Below are positions 9,220 to 20,000 of a stretch of DNA of 64,000 nucleotides, in pieces. Source of the stretch: a virus; IMG/VR virus record IMGVR_UViG_3300045988_123612; one strand, 5' to 3'. The notes below the pieces were generated by a model, which was not told the origin of the DNA, ran no database searches, and saw only the letters and a list, made by a program, of their open reading frames with translations. The position numbers and the translations under genes were made by a program. The first letter of the stretch is position 1, and each line of letters begins with the position of its first letter.

Positions 9220-9588
9220 ATGATAGTATATGATTTAAATTCAGGACACAGAGAATATCCTGGATATGACGAGATAGAAGACAGACGAGGTGGAGGCAGA
9301 GGCAGAAGCCGGCGTTCTGATGGGACGTACATGGGGTACGGTGGTGGTATTTACGACCATTACGGTATGCATGAGAAGATGAAGGAAATGGAAGAGCGAG
9401 AAAACGAGCTGGAAGAAAGGGAAAGAAGGCTTGAAGAGCGCGAACGTCGTCATGAAATGGAGGACCGGGAATACCGGAGGATGGGTTACGAATCCTACCC
9501 GACCGATTACTATGGAGACGACAGATACTACGGTGACGGACCTCAGATGCGTAGAGGTCGCGGACGTGGCAGAGGTCGTTCTTATTGA
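9220..9588 (+). CDS. Arg/Gly (RGG-like) and Arg/Glu-repeat low-complexity protein (122 aa)
   Basis: GGGRGRSRRS ... ERENELEERERRLEERERRHE ... RRGRGRGRGRSY; GC-richer than surroundings. Confidence 0.4.
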   Translation: MIVYDLNSGHREYPGYDEIEDRRGGGRGRSRRSDGTYMGYGGGIYDHYGMHEKMKEMEERENELEERERRLEERERRHEMEDREYRRMGYESYPTDYYGDDRYYGDGPQMRRGRGRGRGRSY

Positions 9589-9681
9589 GGAGCAGACGCA
9601 GAGGATCCAGCTTATCAGAAATATGTAGATACTTACGGCTACCATTTTTCTAATGCTCTCGCTGATGAGGCGGTAAAGAAG

Positions 9682-9975
9682 ATGGTCAACGTCGATGGAT
9701 CCAAGAGGATCTGGAAGCAGCCGGAAATAAAAGATATTTTTGAAAAGTGCGGAGCGAAGAAGCCGGATAAAGCGACATGGGGCGATGTCCAATATGTCTT
9801 TGCAATGTACTATTCGGATGGTTTTCCGAAGGTCTTCAAATGTGAGAACGAGTTGGTGAAAGCTACGTTAATGTATTTGGATGATCCGGATGCTCCCGAA
9901 GGAGTAGCCTTTATAAGATGGCTTGCCGTGCAAGATTACCTCGGCGAAAAAATAAACTGGAAGGATCTGACCTGA
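9682..9975 (+). CDS. hypothetical protein (97 aa)
   Basis: ORF co-directional with neighbours. Confidence 0.4.
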   Translation: MVNVDGSKRIWKQPEIKDIFEKCGAKKPDKATWGDVQYVFAMYYSDGFPKVFKCENELVKATLMYLDDPDAPEGVAFIRWLAVQDYLGEKINWKDLT

Positions 9976-10338
9976 GATCCAGATCCAGGTCCTTCCGGTG
10001 GTGCGGGAGCCATAGTAAAAAATATGATTCCCGCATTCCCGTTTTTCCCGTTTGGAAAAAAAAGAATAAAAATATTATACCGGTCGGCGGACAATAGAAT
10101 ACCCGTGGCCGGTTTGTTTCACATAACTTTTTTTTGACATGAATATAGCACACGAATCTAAATCGAATAAAACCCCATTGTATTTAATAGGAGAGTTGAT
10201 TGGCGTACCGAATACGGTTATGGACTCAGCATTGCATGAACTGAAAGATAGAATAGACAAAGACCCTAAATATAAAGATGTTAAAAATTGGCTCGAATCT
10301 TTACCCAAGATCTGAACCTATTTTTTTTCAATACCGGG

Positions 10339-10372
10339 CCCGATGCGATTTTAACGTATCGGGTTTTTATTT
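10339..10372 (+). terminator. rho-independent terminator
   Basis: CCCGATGCG/CGTATCGGG 9-bp stem, 7-nt loop, then TTTTTATTTT. Confidence 0.45.
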
Positions 10373-10443
10373 TAATTCATATTGTTTTATTTTAAATCTA
10401 ATTAATTCATGAATGTCGTACTTTTGTTGAAAAAGTATTCTAT

Positions 10444-10671
10444 ATGGAAAATAAGGAAGATTACGTTGGTTACGAAGATCAAGAACTGTGTAACCGGTAT
10501 TACAAAGAGGCTGAAGCCATGAGGCAAAAGCAGGACTGGTCTCGTCTTAGGGCTGTCCCTGCTCCGGCCAAGGGAACGCCATCGCCCGGCTGGGGTCAGC
10601 TTGGACGTGGAAATGATGTCCGTGTTAAGTACGTTAGCATCAATTCAGGATTAGGAGGGGACAGATTATGA
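10444..10671 (+). CDS. hypothetical protein (75 aa)
   Basis: ORF; stop overlaps next start (ATGA), suggesting translational coupling. Confidence 0.4.
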   Translation: MENKEDYVGYEDQELCNRYYKEAEAMRQKQDWSRLRAVPAPAKGTPSPGWGQLGRGNDVRVKYVSINSGLGGDRL

Positions 10672-10883
10672 CCGTAGAAGAATTAGCTAATAAAAGATAC
10701 GGTGGCGAATTTGTTTTCATGCTTGGTCATTTGGAAGGTGTAACAAGATTCGTTTTTGAATGTTTCGATCCCAGGCCTGATCACGAAGGTAAAAACACTT
10801 ATATAGTTTCTTATTTTGATAAGGGACTTCGTAGAAGAGATGTGGTAGATGTGCCATGTTATATGAATGTTTTAGCAAAATAA
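10668..10883 (+). CDS. hypothetical protein (71 aa)
   Basis: ORF coupled to upstream gene. Confidence 0.4.
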   Translation: MTVEELANKRYGGEFVFMLGHLEGVTRFVFECFDPRPDHEGKNTYIVSYFDKGLRRRDVVDVPCYMNVLAK

Positions 10884-10889
10884 ATTAAA

Positions 10890-11310
10890 ATATTGTAAAT
10901 ATCGTGGTTAGAATCGCATATTTCGGAACCGATGGCTGCCCTGGTCATCATGTTATTTCAATACGAGGTAAATTTACGGAAGAGGATGTTAAGGTAATAG
11001 AATCTGTAGATTGTGATATCCTAAATAACATTAAAACAATATAATTTCATTATAAGGTTTTAATGTACCATAAATGGTCCGGATATTAGCCTAAGCCTTG
11101 AAACGAAGGCTACGTTATTTGAGAATATATAGTTACCTACGGATGTTTGCCCAAGTCCGTAGCTCTAAGGATGGTGATTAAACAGGAGTAGTGTATTTGA
11201 CGAAACAGTGTTGCCATTATATAAAACCTCTTATAACATTGGCGATGGGTACTAACAGGATGAAATATTCCTGACTTATGTTGAATAAACATTAAAAATG
11301 TTTGTAGATA
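10890..11310 (+). ncRNA. candidate omegaRNA of the IscB locus
   Basis: ~410-nt ORF-free region immediately upstream of and overlapping the iscB start; several local hairpins (GCCTT-GAAACG-AAGGC ~11092-11108; CTACGGA-12nt-TCCGTAG ~11137-11162; CAGGA-8nt-TCCTG ~11247-11264); exact ends not determinable by eye. Confidence 0.45.
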
Positions 11311-12530
11311 TGGTGTACGTACAAGACATAGATGGTAAACCTATGATGCCAACAACGAGGCATGGTAAGGTTAGGAGACTGCTTAAAGATAAAAAGGCAG
11401 TCGTTGTGAACCTATGTCCGTTTACCATCCGATTAACGTACGTAACATCTGATTACAAACAGGAAATTGTGTTAGGCGTTGATGCTGGTACTAAACATGT
11501 TGGTTTATCAGCTACGACGAAAAGCAAAGAACTTTACAGTAGTGAAGTAATTCTTAGAAATGATATCGTAGATCTTTTGTCTACCAGAAGGGAGCTACGA
11601 AGAACAAGACGGAATAGGTTAAGATATAGAAAACCTCGTTTCGATAACAGAATAAAAAGTAAGCGTCCTGGATGGGTAGCACCTTCGGTGAAATACAAAG
11701 TAGACGCTCATATTCGTGTTATTGAAAATATTTGCTCTATACTACCAATATCTCGTATTGTTATTGAAGTAGCTCAATTTGATACTCAAAAGATTAACAA
11801 TCCTAATATATCAGGTAAGGAATATCAGGAAGGAAACAAACTTGGTTTTTGGAACGTAAGGGAGTATGTTTTAGCAAGGGATGGGCATAAATGTCAGTAT
11901 TGTAAAGGAAAATCGAAATCCAAAATCCTTAATGTCCATCATCTTGAATCCCGAAAAACGGGAGGTGATTCCCCTTCTAATCTTATTACCTTATGTGAAA
12001 CTTGTCACAAAGAATACCATAAAGGTAATATAGATTTGAAGATCAAACGGGGATCGTCGCTTCGCGACGCGGCCGTAATGGGGATCATGAAATGGAAGTT
12101 GTATGAAGAACTGAGATCCAGATACGACAGAGTTTCTATGACGTTTGGTTATGTTACAAAATACAATAGGATTAAATACGGGATTGAAAAATCCCATACA
12201 TCCGACGCGTTTGTCATTTCTAAGAACATTAATGCGAAACGAATCGGATGTCAATATTTAAAACGTTTAATTCGTAGGCATAATAGGCAAATACATAAAA
12301 TGAAAATTTTAAAAGGAGGAAAGAAGAAAAACAATCAAGCTCCTTTTGAGGTTTTTGGTTTTAGGTTGTTTGATAAAGTGTTGTATAATAATAAAATATG
12401 TTTTGTTTATGGAAGGAGAAAATCAGGGAGTTTCAATATCAGGGATTTCAACGGAGAAAATTCAAAAGATGTTTCACGCAAAAAGTTTAAACTCATTAGA
12501 GGGAAGAGGCATCCGATTATATTAAAGTAA
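11298..12530 (+). CDS. iscB: IscB, OMEGA RNA-guided nuclease (RuvC-split + HNH), IS200/IS605-family associated
   Basis: N-terminal PLMP-like motif (GKPMMPTTRHGKVRRLL); RuvC-I LGVDAGTKHVGLSA; Arg-rich bridge helix RRELRRTRRNRLRYRKPR; RuvC-II IVIEVAQFD; HNH CQYC...VHHLESRKTGG...NLITLCETCHKEYH; RuvC-III KSHTSDAFVIS; basic C-terminal domain; 410 aa is typical IscB size. Confidence 0.8.
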   Translation: MFVDMVYVQDIDGKPMMPTTRHGKVRRLLKDKKAVVVNLCPFTIRLTYVTSDYKQEIVLGVDAGTKHVGLSATTKSKELYSSEVILRNDIVDLLSTRRELRRTRRNRLRYRKPRFDNRIKSKRPGWVAPSVKYKVDAHIRVIENICSILPISRIVIEVAQFDTQKINNPNISGKEYQEGNKLGFWNVREYVLARDGHKCQYCKGKSKSKILNVHHLESRKTGGDSPSNLITLCETCHKEYHKGNIDLKIKRGSSLRDAAVMGIMKWKLYEELRSRYDRVSMTFGYVTKYNRIKYGIEKSHTSDAFVISKNINAKRIGCQYLKRLIRRHNRQIHKMKILKGGKKKNNQAPFEVFGFRLFDKVLYNNKICFVYGRRKSGSFNIRDFNGENSKDVSRKKFKLIRGKRHPIILK

Positions 12531-12567
12531 ATGAATAGATTTAATAAATTTAATAGAAAAACGTATC

Positions 12568-12873
12568 ATGTATAATAAAGAAATAGTAATATGCGCCGCC
12601 ATCTGGGTGCAGGACGGCAAGAAGCGTCCCCATCAGCCCATCAACATACCATCCGGCACCGTGTTCTGTGGATTGAGACATTGTTCTATCATTTCTCAGT
12701 TTGTAGCTTATGGTGTTGCTCATAAGAACCGCAGTGTTCAAGGATTTTTGACAAGCAAGAATCGGTTTTTAACAAGAGAGGAAGCGTCTGAACTTGTTAG
12801 AAACAATAATCAGGAGATGGTGGTAGATAGGAATGCCATTAGAGAACAATTGTATTCAGAAGATCTATATTAA
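12568..12873 (+). CDS. hypothetical protein (101 aa)
   Basis: ORF 37 nt downstream of iscB stop. Confidence 0.4.
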   Translation: MYNKEIVICAAIWVQDGKKRPHQPINIPSGTVFCGLRHCSIISQFVAYGVAHKNRSVQGFLTSKNRFLTREEASELVRNNNQEMVVDRNAIREQLYSEDLY

Positions 12874-12890
12874 CTAAAAAACAAAATAAT

Positions 12891-13241
12891 ATGGGATTTA
12901 TAATCAAAAAGTCAATCATTTATAATATGATGGACGGCAATCAGTTAGAGTATGAATTTGACAACATAAATTTAGATCATATCACATTTAAAGGTAATGG
13001 TAAAGAACCTTTTTCATTTAACAGAGTCCTTGTTGAAAATTTAATTGAGACATTTGAGACTATGCAGGATATATACTCTGATAATTACGGAATTAAGGTT
13101 TATACCGGTAATTGCATAATTCAACTGAATGTAAATCCAAAGAACTTAAGTGAATCCTTTTTTGACGTATATGATAGAGATGGGATGAAATTGATATATA
13201 GCATACAAAATAGTATCTTGAAAGAAATGTTTGTCATATGA
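12891..13241 (+). CDS. hypothetical protein (116 aa)
   Basis: ORF; overlaps next start. Confidence 0.4.
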   Translation: MGFIIKKSIIYNMMDGNQLEYEFDNINLDHITFKGNGKEPFSFNRVLVENLIETFETMQDIYSDNYGIKVYTGNCIIQLNVNPKNLSESFFDVYDRDGMKLIYSIQNSILKEMFVI

Positions 13242-13549
13242 TCACCAAGCAAGATATACAAGCAGCAACATCGTATATTTTCCGAAGCAGTTTTGTCTCG
13301 GAGGACCAGGCAAGGAAAGCAATGGTAAGAGCCGGCAATAACGCTACCAAGAACCTCGTCAAGACCTTTAGAGGCAAGTTGTTCAAGAAAGCTTTTGAAA
13401 GAGCCCGTAGAGGAAAGGATATCAGCTCTTTTGAAAGACAGGAAAAAGAAAGTGGTTTCAATTTTCTACATAATCCTAATAATGGTCGTATGCAAAGCGG
13501 TCATGTCAAAATAGATGAAATTGGACTATTTAAACAAATAATAGAGTAG
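13238..13549 (+). CDS. hypothetical basic protein (103 aa)
   Basis: ATGA overlap with upstream ORF; Lys/Arg-rich. Confidence 0.4.
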   Translation: MITKQDIQAATSYIFRSSFVSEDQARKAMVRAGNNATKNLVKTFRGKLFKKAFERARRGKDISSFERQEKESGFNFLHNPNNGRMQSGHVKIDEIGLFKQIIE

Positions 13550-13587
13550 GGTACGTAAGTTATCCGACTTTTTCATATATTTGTGGC

Positions 13588-13911
13588 ATGGCAAGAGGTT
13601 ATTATTGGATACCACAAACAGATGAAACGTTAAATGGCAGAAGCTATTACGTGGCTAAGATAGTAGGAGATATCACGTTTGATACTAAACGAAAAAGAAT
13701 CGTATTTCAAGCTGATAGGTATTTCCCTGTAGGATCTGTTTTCCATTTTACGCACAATTGCTTTAACTATATCATAACTTGCCGACTTCGTAAGCCGGGG
13801 CTTTGGTTTGAAGCCAGGAGAGAGGATTCGGGCCCTATTTGCCCTGAAGATATTGAGCGCTTTGAATCGGGAAGGTTTATTCACCGAGATGGGTACATGC
13901 ATTACATATAA
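13588..13911 (+). CDS. hypothetical protein (107 aa)
   Basis: ORF followed by small hairpin and T-run. Confidence 0.4.
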   Translation: MARGYYWIPQTDETLNGRSYYVAKIVGDITFDTKRKRIVFQADRYFPVGSVFHFTHNCFNYIITCRLRKPGLWFEARREDSGPICPEDIERFESGRFIHRDGYMHYI

Positions 13912-13929
13912 GCTGAACTTGACGATTTT

Positions 13930-13967
13930 TCGTCAGATTATAATTTTTTTTCATATCATTTTAAGCC
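13930..13967 (+). terminator. weak terminator candidate
   Basis: TGACGA-TTTT-TCGTCA hairpin followed by T-rich tract. Confidence 0.3.
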
Positions 13968-14021
13968 ATCAGACTGAGAAGTTAGGTGGCTTTATTTTTT
14001 ATGATATGCTTGATTTTTAAC

Positions 14022-14029
14022 TACCTTTG
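14022..14029 (+). promoter_or_regulatory. TACCTTTG candidate -7 promoter motif for the giant ORF
   Basis: TAnnTTTG 23 nt upstream of ATG 14053, after terminator. Confidence 0.35.
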
Positions 14030-14052
14030 TCTCATAACAAAAATGTTTTACT

Positions 14053-17000
14053 ATGACATCAACGTGTATTATTAAAAGAGATAATAAAAAGAAAGTTGTT
14101 TCTGTCTCTACCAGATCAGGGGACAGGTCTATGTTGTTTGATAAAATAGCATCTATTCCTCTTATGGAGAACAGGGAACGGGCTACTACTGTTTTTAAAA
14201 CCGTATTTTCTAATAAGTTCTTAAAGGCTTTTGGCGACTGGAGAAGGAATGTACCTGTTAATAAACAGGCCTACAATAAGGTGAAATCCAACATCGATCT
14301 TATTCCGGAAGCCTATAGGGAAAGGGTGCTGGATAAGGCTTCTAAGATGAGTAACCCTGTTCTTGTGTCAAAATCAGATGCACCTTATGAAATCCAAGAA
14401 TCGGGCTTTGGATTCTACAGCCAAAATCTGGGTGATAATATTATGTTGGTGGATGCTATGGTCCCGTCAAGTATTTCCGTACCGGAAGGACCTGGAATAG
14501 ACGCCGGGCAGTATCTACAAGATGCTATATCTTCGGACTTCACTCCCGTATCTATGGTACAGGATAAGGGTGTTAATTATATGGTTATAAAAGACGGTCT
14601 TAAGATATTTAGCCCAGAAGAGTTACCACAGACAGATTCTAATCCTGTGGGTGTAACGTATCAGACCGGAGAGCCTCGTTTGTTTTTCATGAACGATCGT
14701 AGTCAATTATTTGAAGATTACGGAGAAGCTCTTCGCTCTGGCGGGAATGATATTAGAATAGGATTCTTATCAGGCACCGTTCAAGAATCTGCCTGGGATG
14801 GCGTGGCAGACATTACTTACAAAGCTGGAAAGTATGTTCTTAATAATCCCAAGTCTTTTATACCGGTCATGACCGCTTCTGCTTCTACTTCTTTATCAAC
14901 AAAAGGCGGGATAATTAACTACCTTATAAAGAAAGGTCTTTTGTCAGGATCTAAGATATTCGATCCTGAAACAAGAAGCTATTATCTTACAGGAGAAGGT
15001 CATACAGGACAAATTAGACTTTTCAATTCAGCCTTATCATACACTGAGCTCCGTAATCATTTTGGTTCCGATGTTTCCATGAACGACCAGGGTATGATAA
15101 CCATAAGCTCGTTGGATAACAGTAAGGTAACTATGAGACTTGCCACCGGAGGAACGGAAAGGGTTAGTAGGGAACAGATAAAGAACGATCTTAAGTCAGG
15201 AAGATACAATGAATTGGACGCCAAGTACGATCATTTTGATGCGCTTGTAGTTTCATTCATATTAGAAGACAACGATCTTTATGCTGATACTAAAGCTAAG
15301 ATCGTATCAGATTATAGCAGGCAGGAACGTGATCAACGAAATTCTATTGTCGAGATACTGAAAACTCTTGGCGTTAGTGTCATAGGTATGACCGACTATA
15401 TAGAGAAGTACCAAACCAAATACGGGCATGAACCTTCTGCTAAGGCATTGGCGGATATTGCCAATAACGTAATAGCAGTTGGTGAAGATGCTACTTTATC
15501 CGATTTAGTAGAAGAAACAGCCCACTTCCTTGTAGAGGCATACAGAGATCAGAATGCTGTTGAGGCTGTTCTGCAAGATGTAGAAGGTACGGAAGAGTGG
15601 AACCAATATGCAGGTCAGTATTATAATACATACGGTAAGGTATATGAAGGCTCTGAACTTGATAATGCTGTTAGGAGAGAAATTCTTGGAAAGATCCTCG
15701 CCAGGGAGATGCAGACCGGCACAGCACAGGCGCCGGTAGAGCCCACCTCCTTCCTGGGGAGCGTCCGGCAGCTTCTCTCTGGAATAGTAAGCTGGCTTAA
15801 ATCAACTTTATCTACCCAAAGACAAGATTTGAATAACGTTATTAAAAACATTCGTGATCTTGCCATTACCGACATAGATAAAGGATTTGACACCTCTCTG
15901 TTAAAGGATAATGACTTTACATTATACTCCCTTTCTTCTATGAACAAGAACAAGTTTCTTGAGTCCAAGATCAGATCACTAAGAAAAACATTAAGAGACT
16001 TACGTCAGATAAGCTCTGATAGGGCTGTAACTACGTCTATGACCCTTGCTCAGCTTAAGACCATAGAAGATAAGATAAATAAGGTAGAGACCGAAATAGA
16101 CAAGAATGAGATGGCGGCTGCCATGAACAGCATGATCTCCACAGCCGAAGCTCAGGTCAGATACTTAAGTAATGTGGTGAACACCATCCTTCATGGTGAT
16201 ACCAAAGACGGCAAGCTTCATTTCAATACCAATGATCGAAAGAACGTAGATATTATCAACAATCAGGTTCTTCCGATCATGAACGATCTTCGAGGATATA
16301 TCCGTAACAGAAGTACCGAATTTGATGAACGTGAAAAGCAGGATTATACAAATAGGATCAATACCGTCATTGCCGACATCAATGGTATTCAGTCTGATAT
16401 TAAATCAGTACAAGACCTTGATGAAAGCACGTTGCTTGATAAGTTAATGAACGAACTTCATGTGCCGGCAGATAAGGTAAAGAGAGTAAAAGAATTTTTC
16501 GACAAGGTTCAACACGATGTTTCTTGGATAAGTAGGTGGTTTGGTATATTAGAGCATTCTTCCAGTCCGTTCAATAACGCTCTTGGAGCTATGATTGCCA
16601 AAGACAATTACAATGCGATGGTGAATGCCCAGCCCGCCATATCCGACTTCCTGGCATATGCGAAAAAGCATGGTTTTAACAAATCTGAATTTGAAAAACT
16701 GCTTCAGAAAGTAGACGGCAAAACTTCTAATTACCTTCGTAGTGCTCTTGATATGGCTAAATACGATCGTAATAAGAAGCTGGCGCAGATGCGAGCGTTT
16801 GCGACTGCCATGAACATAGAGATATCAGAAGAAGAAATTGGTGATGTGGTTGACAATAACCGTAATTACGTATTTAAAAGAGAAGTAGTTGACAAGGATG
16901 GAAATACGGTTACTGAAAACGCTAAATTCAAACCATCGTCTGATAGAGTTAATACCGATATTTTTACCATCGAGCAGGAAAAGATCTATACAGAGCAGAT

Positions 17001-20000
17001 GGAAAAGTGGGATGCTGAAAATTCGGAACTGGAATTTAGCGAAAGTTATGCCACAAGAATGGAATCCATATACAAAAAGGCTGAAGAAGAATTAGGGCAT
17101 CCGGTTTCTCAAACAACCAAAGAATACCTTAATGCTCTATCCAGGCAAAAACGGATATTGAGGCAGCCTTTTATTGATAGCGGTGGTAATTTTGATGAGG
17201 CCTCCTATTTTAAAAGCAGCAATTACGAAGAAGAAGGACTGCTTCGTAAACAACGTAAGGAAGCAGCTTCAGAATACATATATGTAGGAACCAGGAGAGT
17301 GGAAAAAACCGGCGACCAACTTAAGATGGCCAAAGAAATACAAGCCATAAATGAAGTTTGGAGAAAGGAATCAAATAATGTCACTAATGCCGTATCAGAA
17401 TCGTTTTTGCAAAAATTAAGAACGATTCAGAGCGAGTCTGGAGGAGAAGCTGCGCTGAAGACGCTTATGTTGGGGGGTCACCTGTCATTCAACGATCGGT
17501 TTTGGAATGACGTAGAATCAGAACAGTCGGCGCGTACCGAATCAAATAACAAGGCTTCGTATCTTAAAATGGCGCATGATATCATTAGTTCTACGACAAG
17601 TGATAGAGATGCGACTGACGTGGATTCGATTGTGAAAGATATAGAAAAAAATAAGGCCATTATCAAGGAAATAATCGGAAACAACCGAGATGTGGCTGAT
17701 ATCGGAGAAATTAACGAAGCGACATTTACCTCATCTGAAAGAGATGCTTTTAGGGCCGCATCTGAAGCTATTGAAGCTGATTACGCTATCTTAATAGATT
17801 ATGCTAAGATGGTGGGTCTTGAAGATATTGATAAGTACCTTACTAAAAGCAGTAAGGCCGAAAACGAAGTAAATCAGTCTTATTTAAATGCTCTTGCTGA
17901 CTCCAAGGAAGTGGAATGGAAGTTCGTACAACGTCATACTACGGCGAAGAAAGCAAAAAGGATTCAGGCTTTAAGGGATAAGCTGTTTAAGGCTGCTGAT
18001 AACCGATATCTGTTTACCGTATCTGAAACCAACTACCTGTCAGAAAAGCTTGGTATAAGCAAAGAATTAGACGGTAGAGATTTTAGGAATGCTGTCAATA
18101 CTAAGATGGCCAGCTTGTTTTTAAATAACACAAGAGAATCAGGTATAGAAGAGGCTAATGCTATTGTTAATGAATTTGCCAGAAGTCAAGTCTTTTCATA
18201 TTACAAACGCATGACTCCTACCGGATATGCGGCTATGCTTGGTAAAATAGGTCGAGGTGAGATAGACGTGGCACAGATGGTTAAAGACGTACAGAACGGG
18301 ACATCCACACAAGATTATGGTATGAATATATCGTACCTGTCTTTCGACCCTGCAAGAGCGTGGGTGGCTGAATCTGAAGCTGAAAATAGCGGTCGTAACC
18401 CAGATTATGTAAAAGATCATGGGTATGGTTATCGTATGCCCAAGAAGAGCCTGTATCGTGATGAATCGTATTTCAATGACTTCGGCATTAGATATGATGC
18501 TGATGGTAATGAGATTGCTACTAAAAACGTAGAGCAATGGAATATGATTCAAAAACTTAAGGAAATAAAAAGACAATCCCTTTCCTTATACAAAGAGCAG
18601 AGCCCCAATTTGTATGCTATTCCACAGATATCCAAACAAGATATAGAACGTATGGAGGGATTGGGTATCAACTTCAAAAATACGGTTCGTAATTTTGTAT
18701 CAGATCTCTGTCTGGACAGAGTAGACGATTCTCTATACGGTAAAACCAGACAAGGGGAAGTATATGATCCAGAAGATAGGATTAGGTCTATACCTAAATA
18801 CTACATATATGAATTAGAGAACCAAGATGACGTATCTCATGATTTTGGTTATTCTTATTCGATGCTTATGATGCAATCATCGTTATACAACGAAAAGCAG
18901 AAGTCTATAGAGCTTGCCCAAGGACTGGAGCAGATGTTACTGAATAAGCAATTTGAAGGCGGTAAGAAAGCTGAGGCAACTCAAGCATACCAGATGTTTA
19001 GAGACTTCTTTAATGACCATTATTATGGCATTAGGATGAACACCAAGAAACTTACGGTTAACATCGGTGGATACACGATAGATCTTACAAGAATTATGAT
19101 GGCCGTTGAAAGATTTATGTCGGTCATGAACTTAGCGCTGTCTCCGTTTGTGGCAGCTACCGGCGCCCTGACAGGTCATATCAACCTCATCATGGAATCT
19201 GCCGTAGGACAGTATATAAGCAAAGACTCCCTTAAATACGCATCGGCTGAGTTTTCACGTCTTGCGCCATCTTGTATAGCAGAAACCGGAGACATAGATA
19301 GGAAAAGCAAATTATATGTCATAGGTGAGAGAATGGGGATATTCAATATCCGAAATCGTATGTATGGTGCCGGATACAATAGAGCGGCCAGGACCTTAAT
19401 GCGTTCGCCTATGTATGCTTTTATGGAAATCCTGAACTACCCTCTTGATCCGCAGGTTATGATTGCTACTATGGACAATGTTCGTTATTACAAAGGCCGG
19501 TTCTACACGTTCCAAGATTTCAAGATGGAAAAAGAACGCAATAAAGAACAGAGTACCATAAAAAGAGAATGGAACGCATTAAAAGATCGTACTTTATGGA
19601 GTATGGTAGACGTCGTGGATGGAAAGGTGGTTGTAAAGCCGGGATCGGGTGTTACTGTTGAGGAAGTTGAAACCCAGATGGCTATAACCAGGAATCAAGT
19701 CCGTAGCTTGTCGCAGATATGTAACGGATCTTTGAATGAAGAAAACCGAACTGCCGCATCGCGCAACTGGATAGCCAGGTTCATGACCGCCCACCGAGGC
19801 TGGCTGGTGCTGGCAGCTCAACGTCTGTGGAAAAGACGTGGCTTCAATTTCCAGACAATGCAAGAAGAGGAAGGGTTGTCAATTACGTTAAAGAATATGA
19901 TAGCCAAAACATTTAGCCTGGCTTCCGAGTCTGGTATGAAAAACATCATAGATGCCTGGAACGAAAATAAAAACAATATGAATGAGGTAGAAAAAACTAA

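Noticed and set aside
9963-10140. Possible small RNA or regulatory element in the 9976-10140 spacer (GCGGGA/TCCCGC hairpin, poly-A)
   Set aside because: Stem is only 6 bp with a 20-nt loop, and a 58-aa plus-strand ORF (10139-10315) may occupy part of the region. Not convincing.
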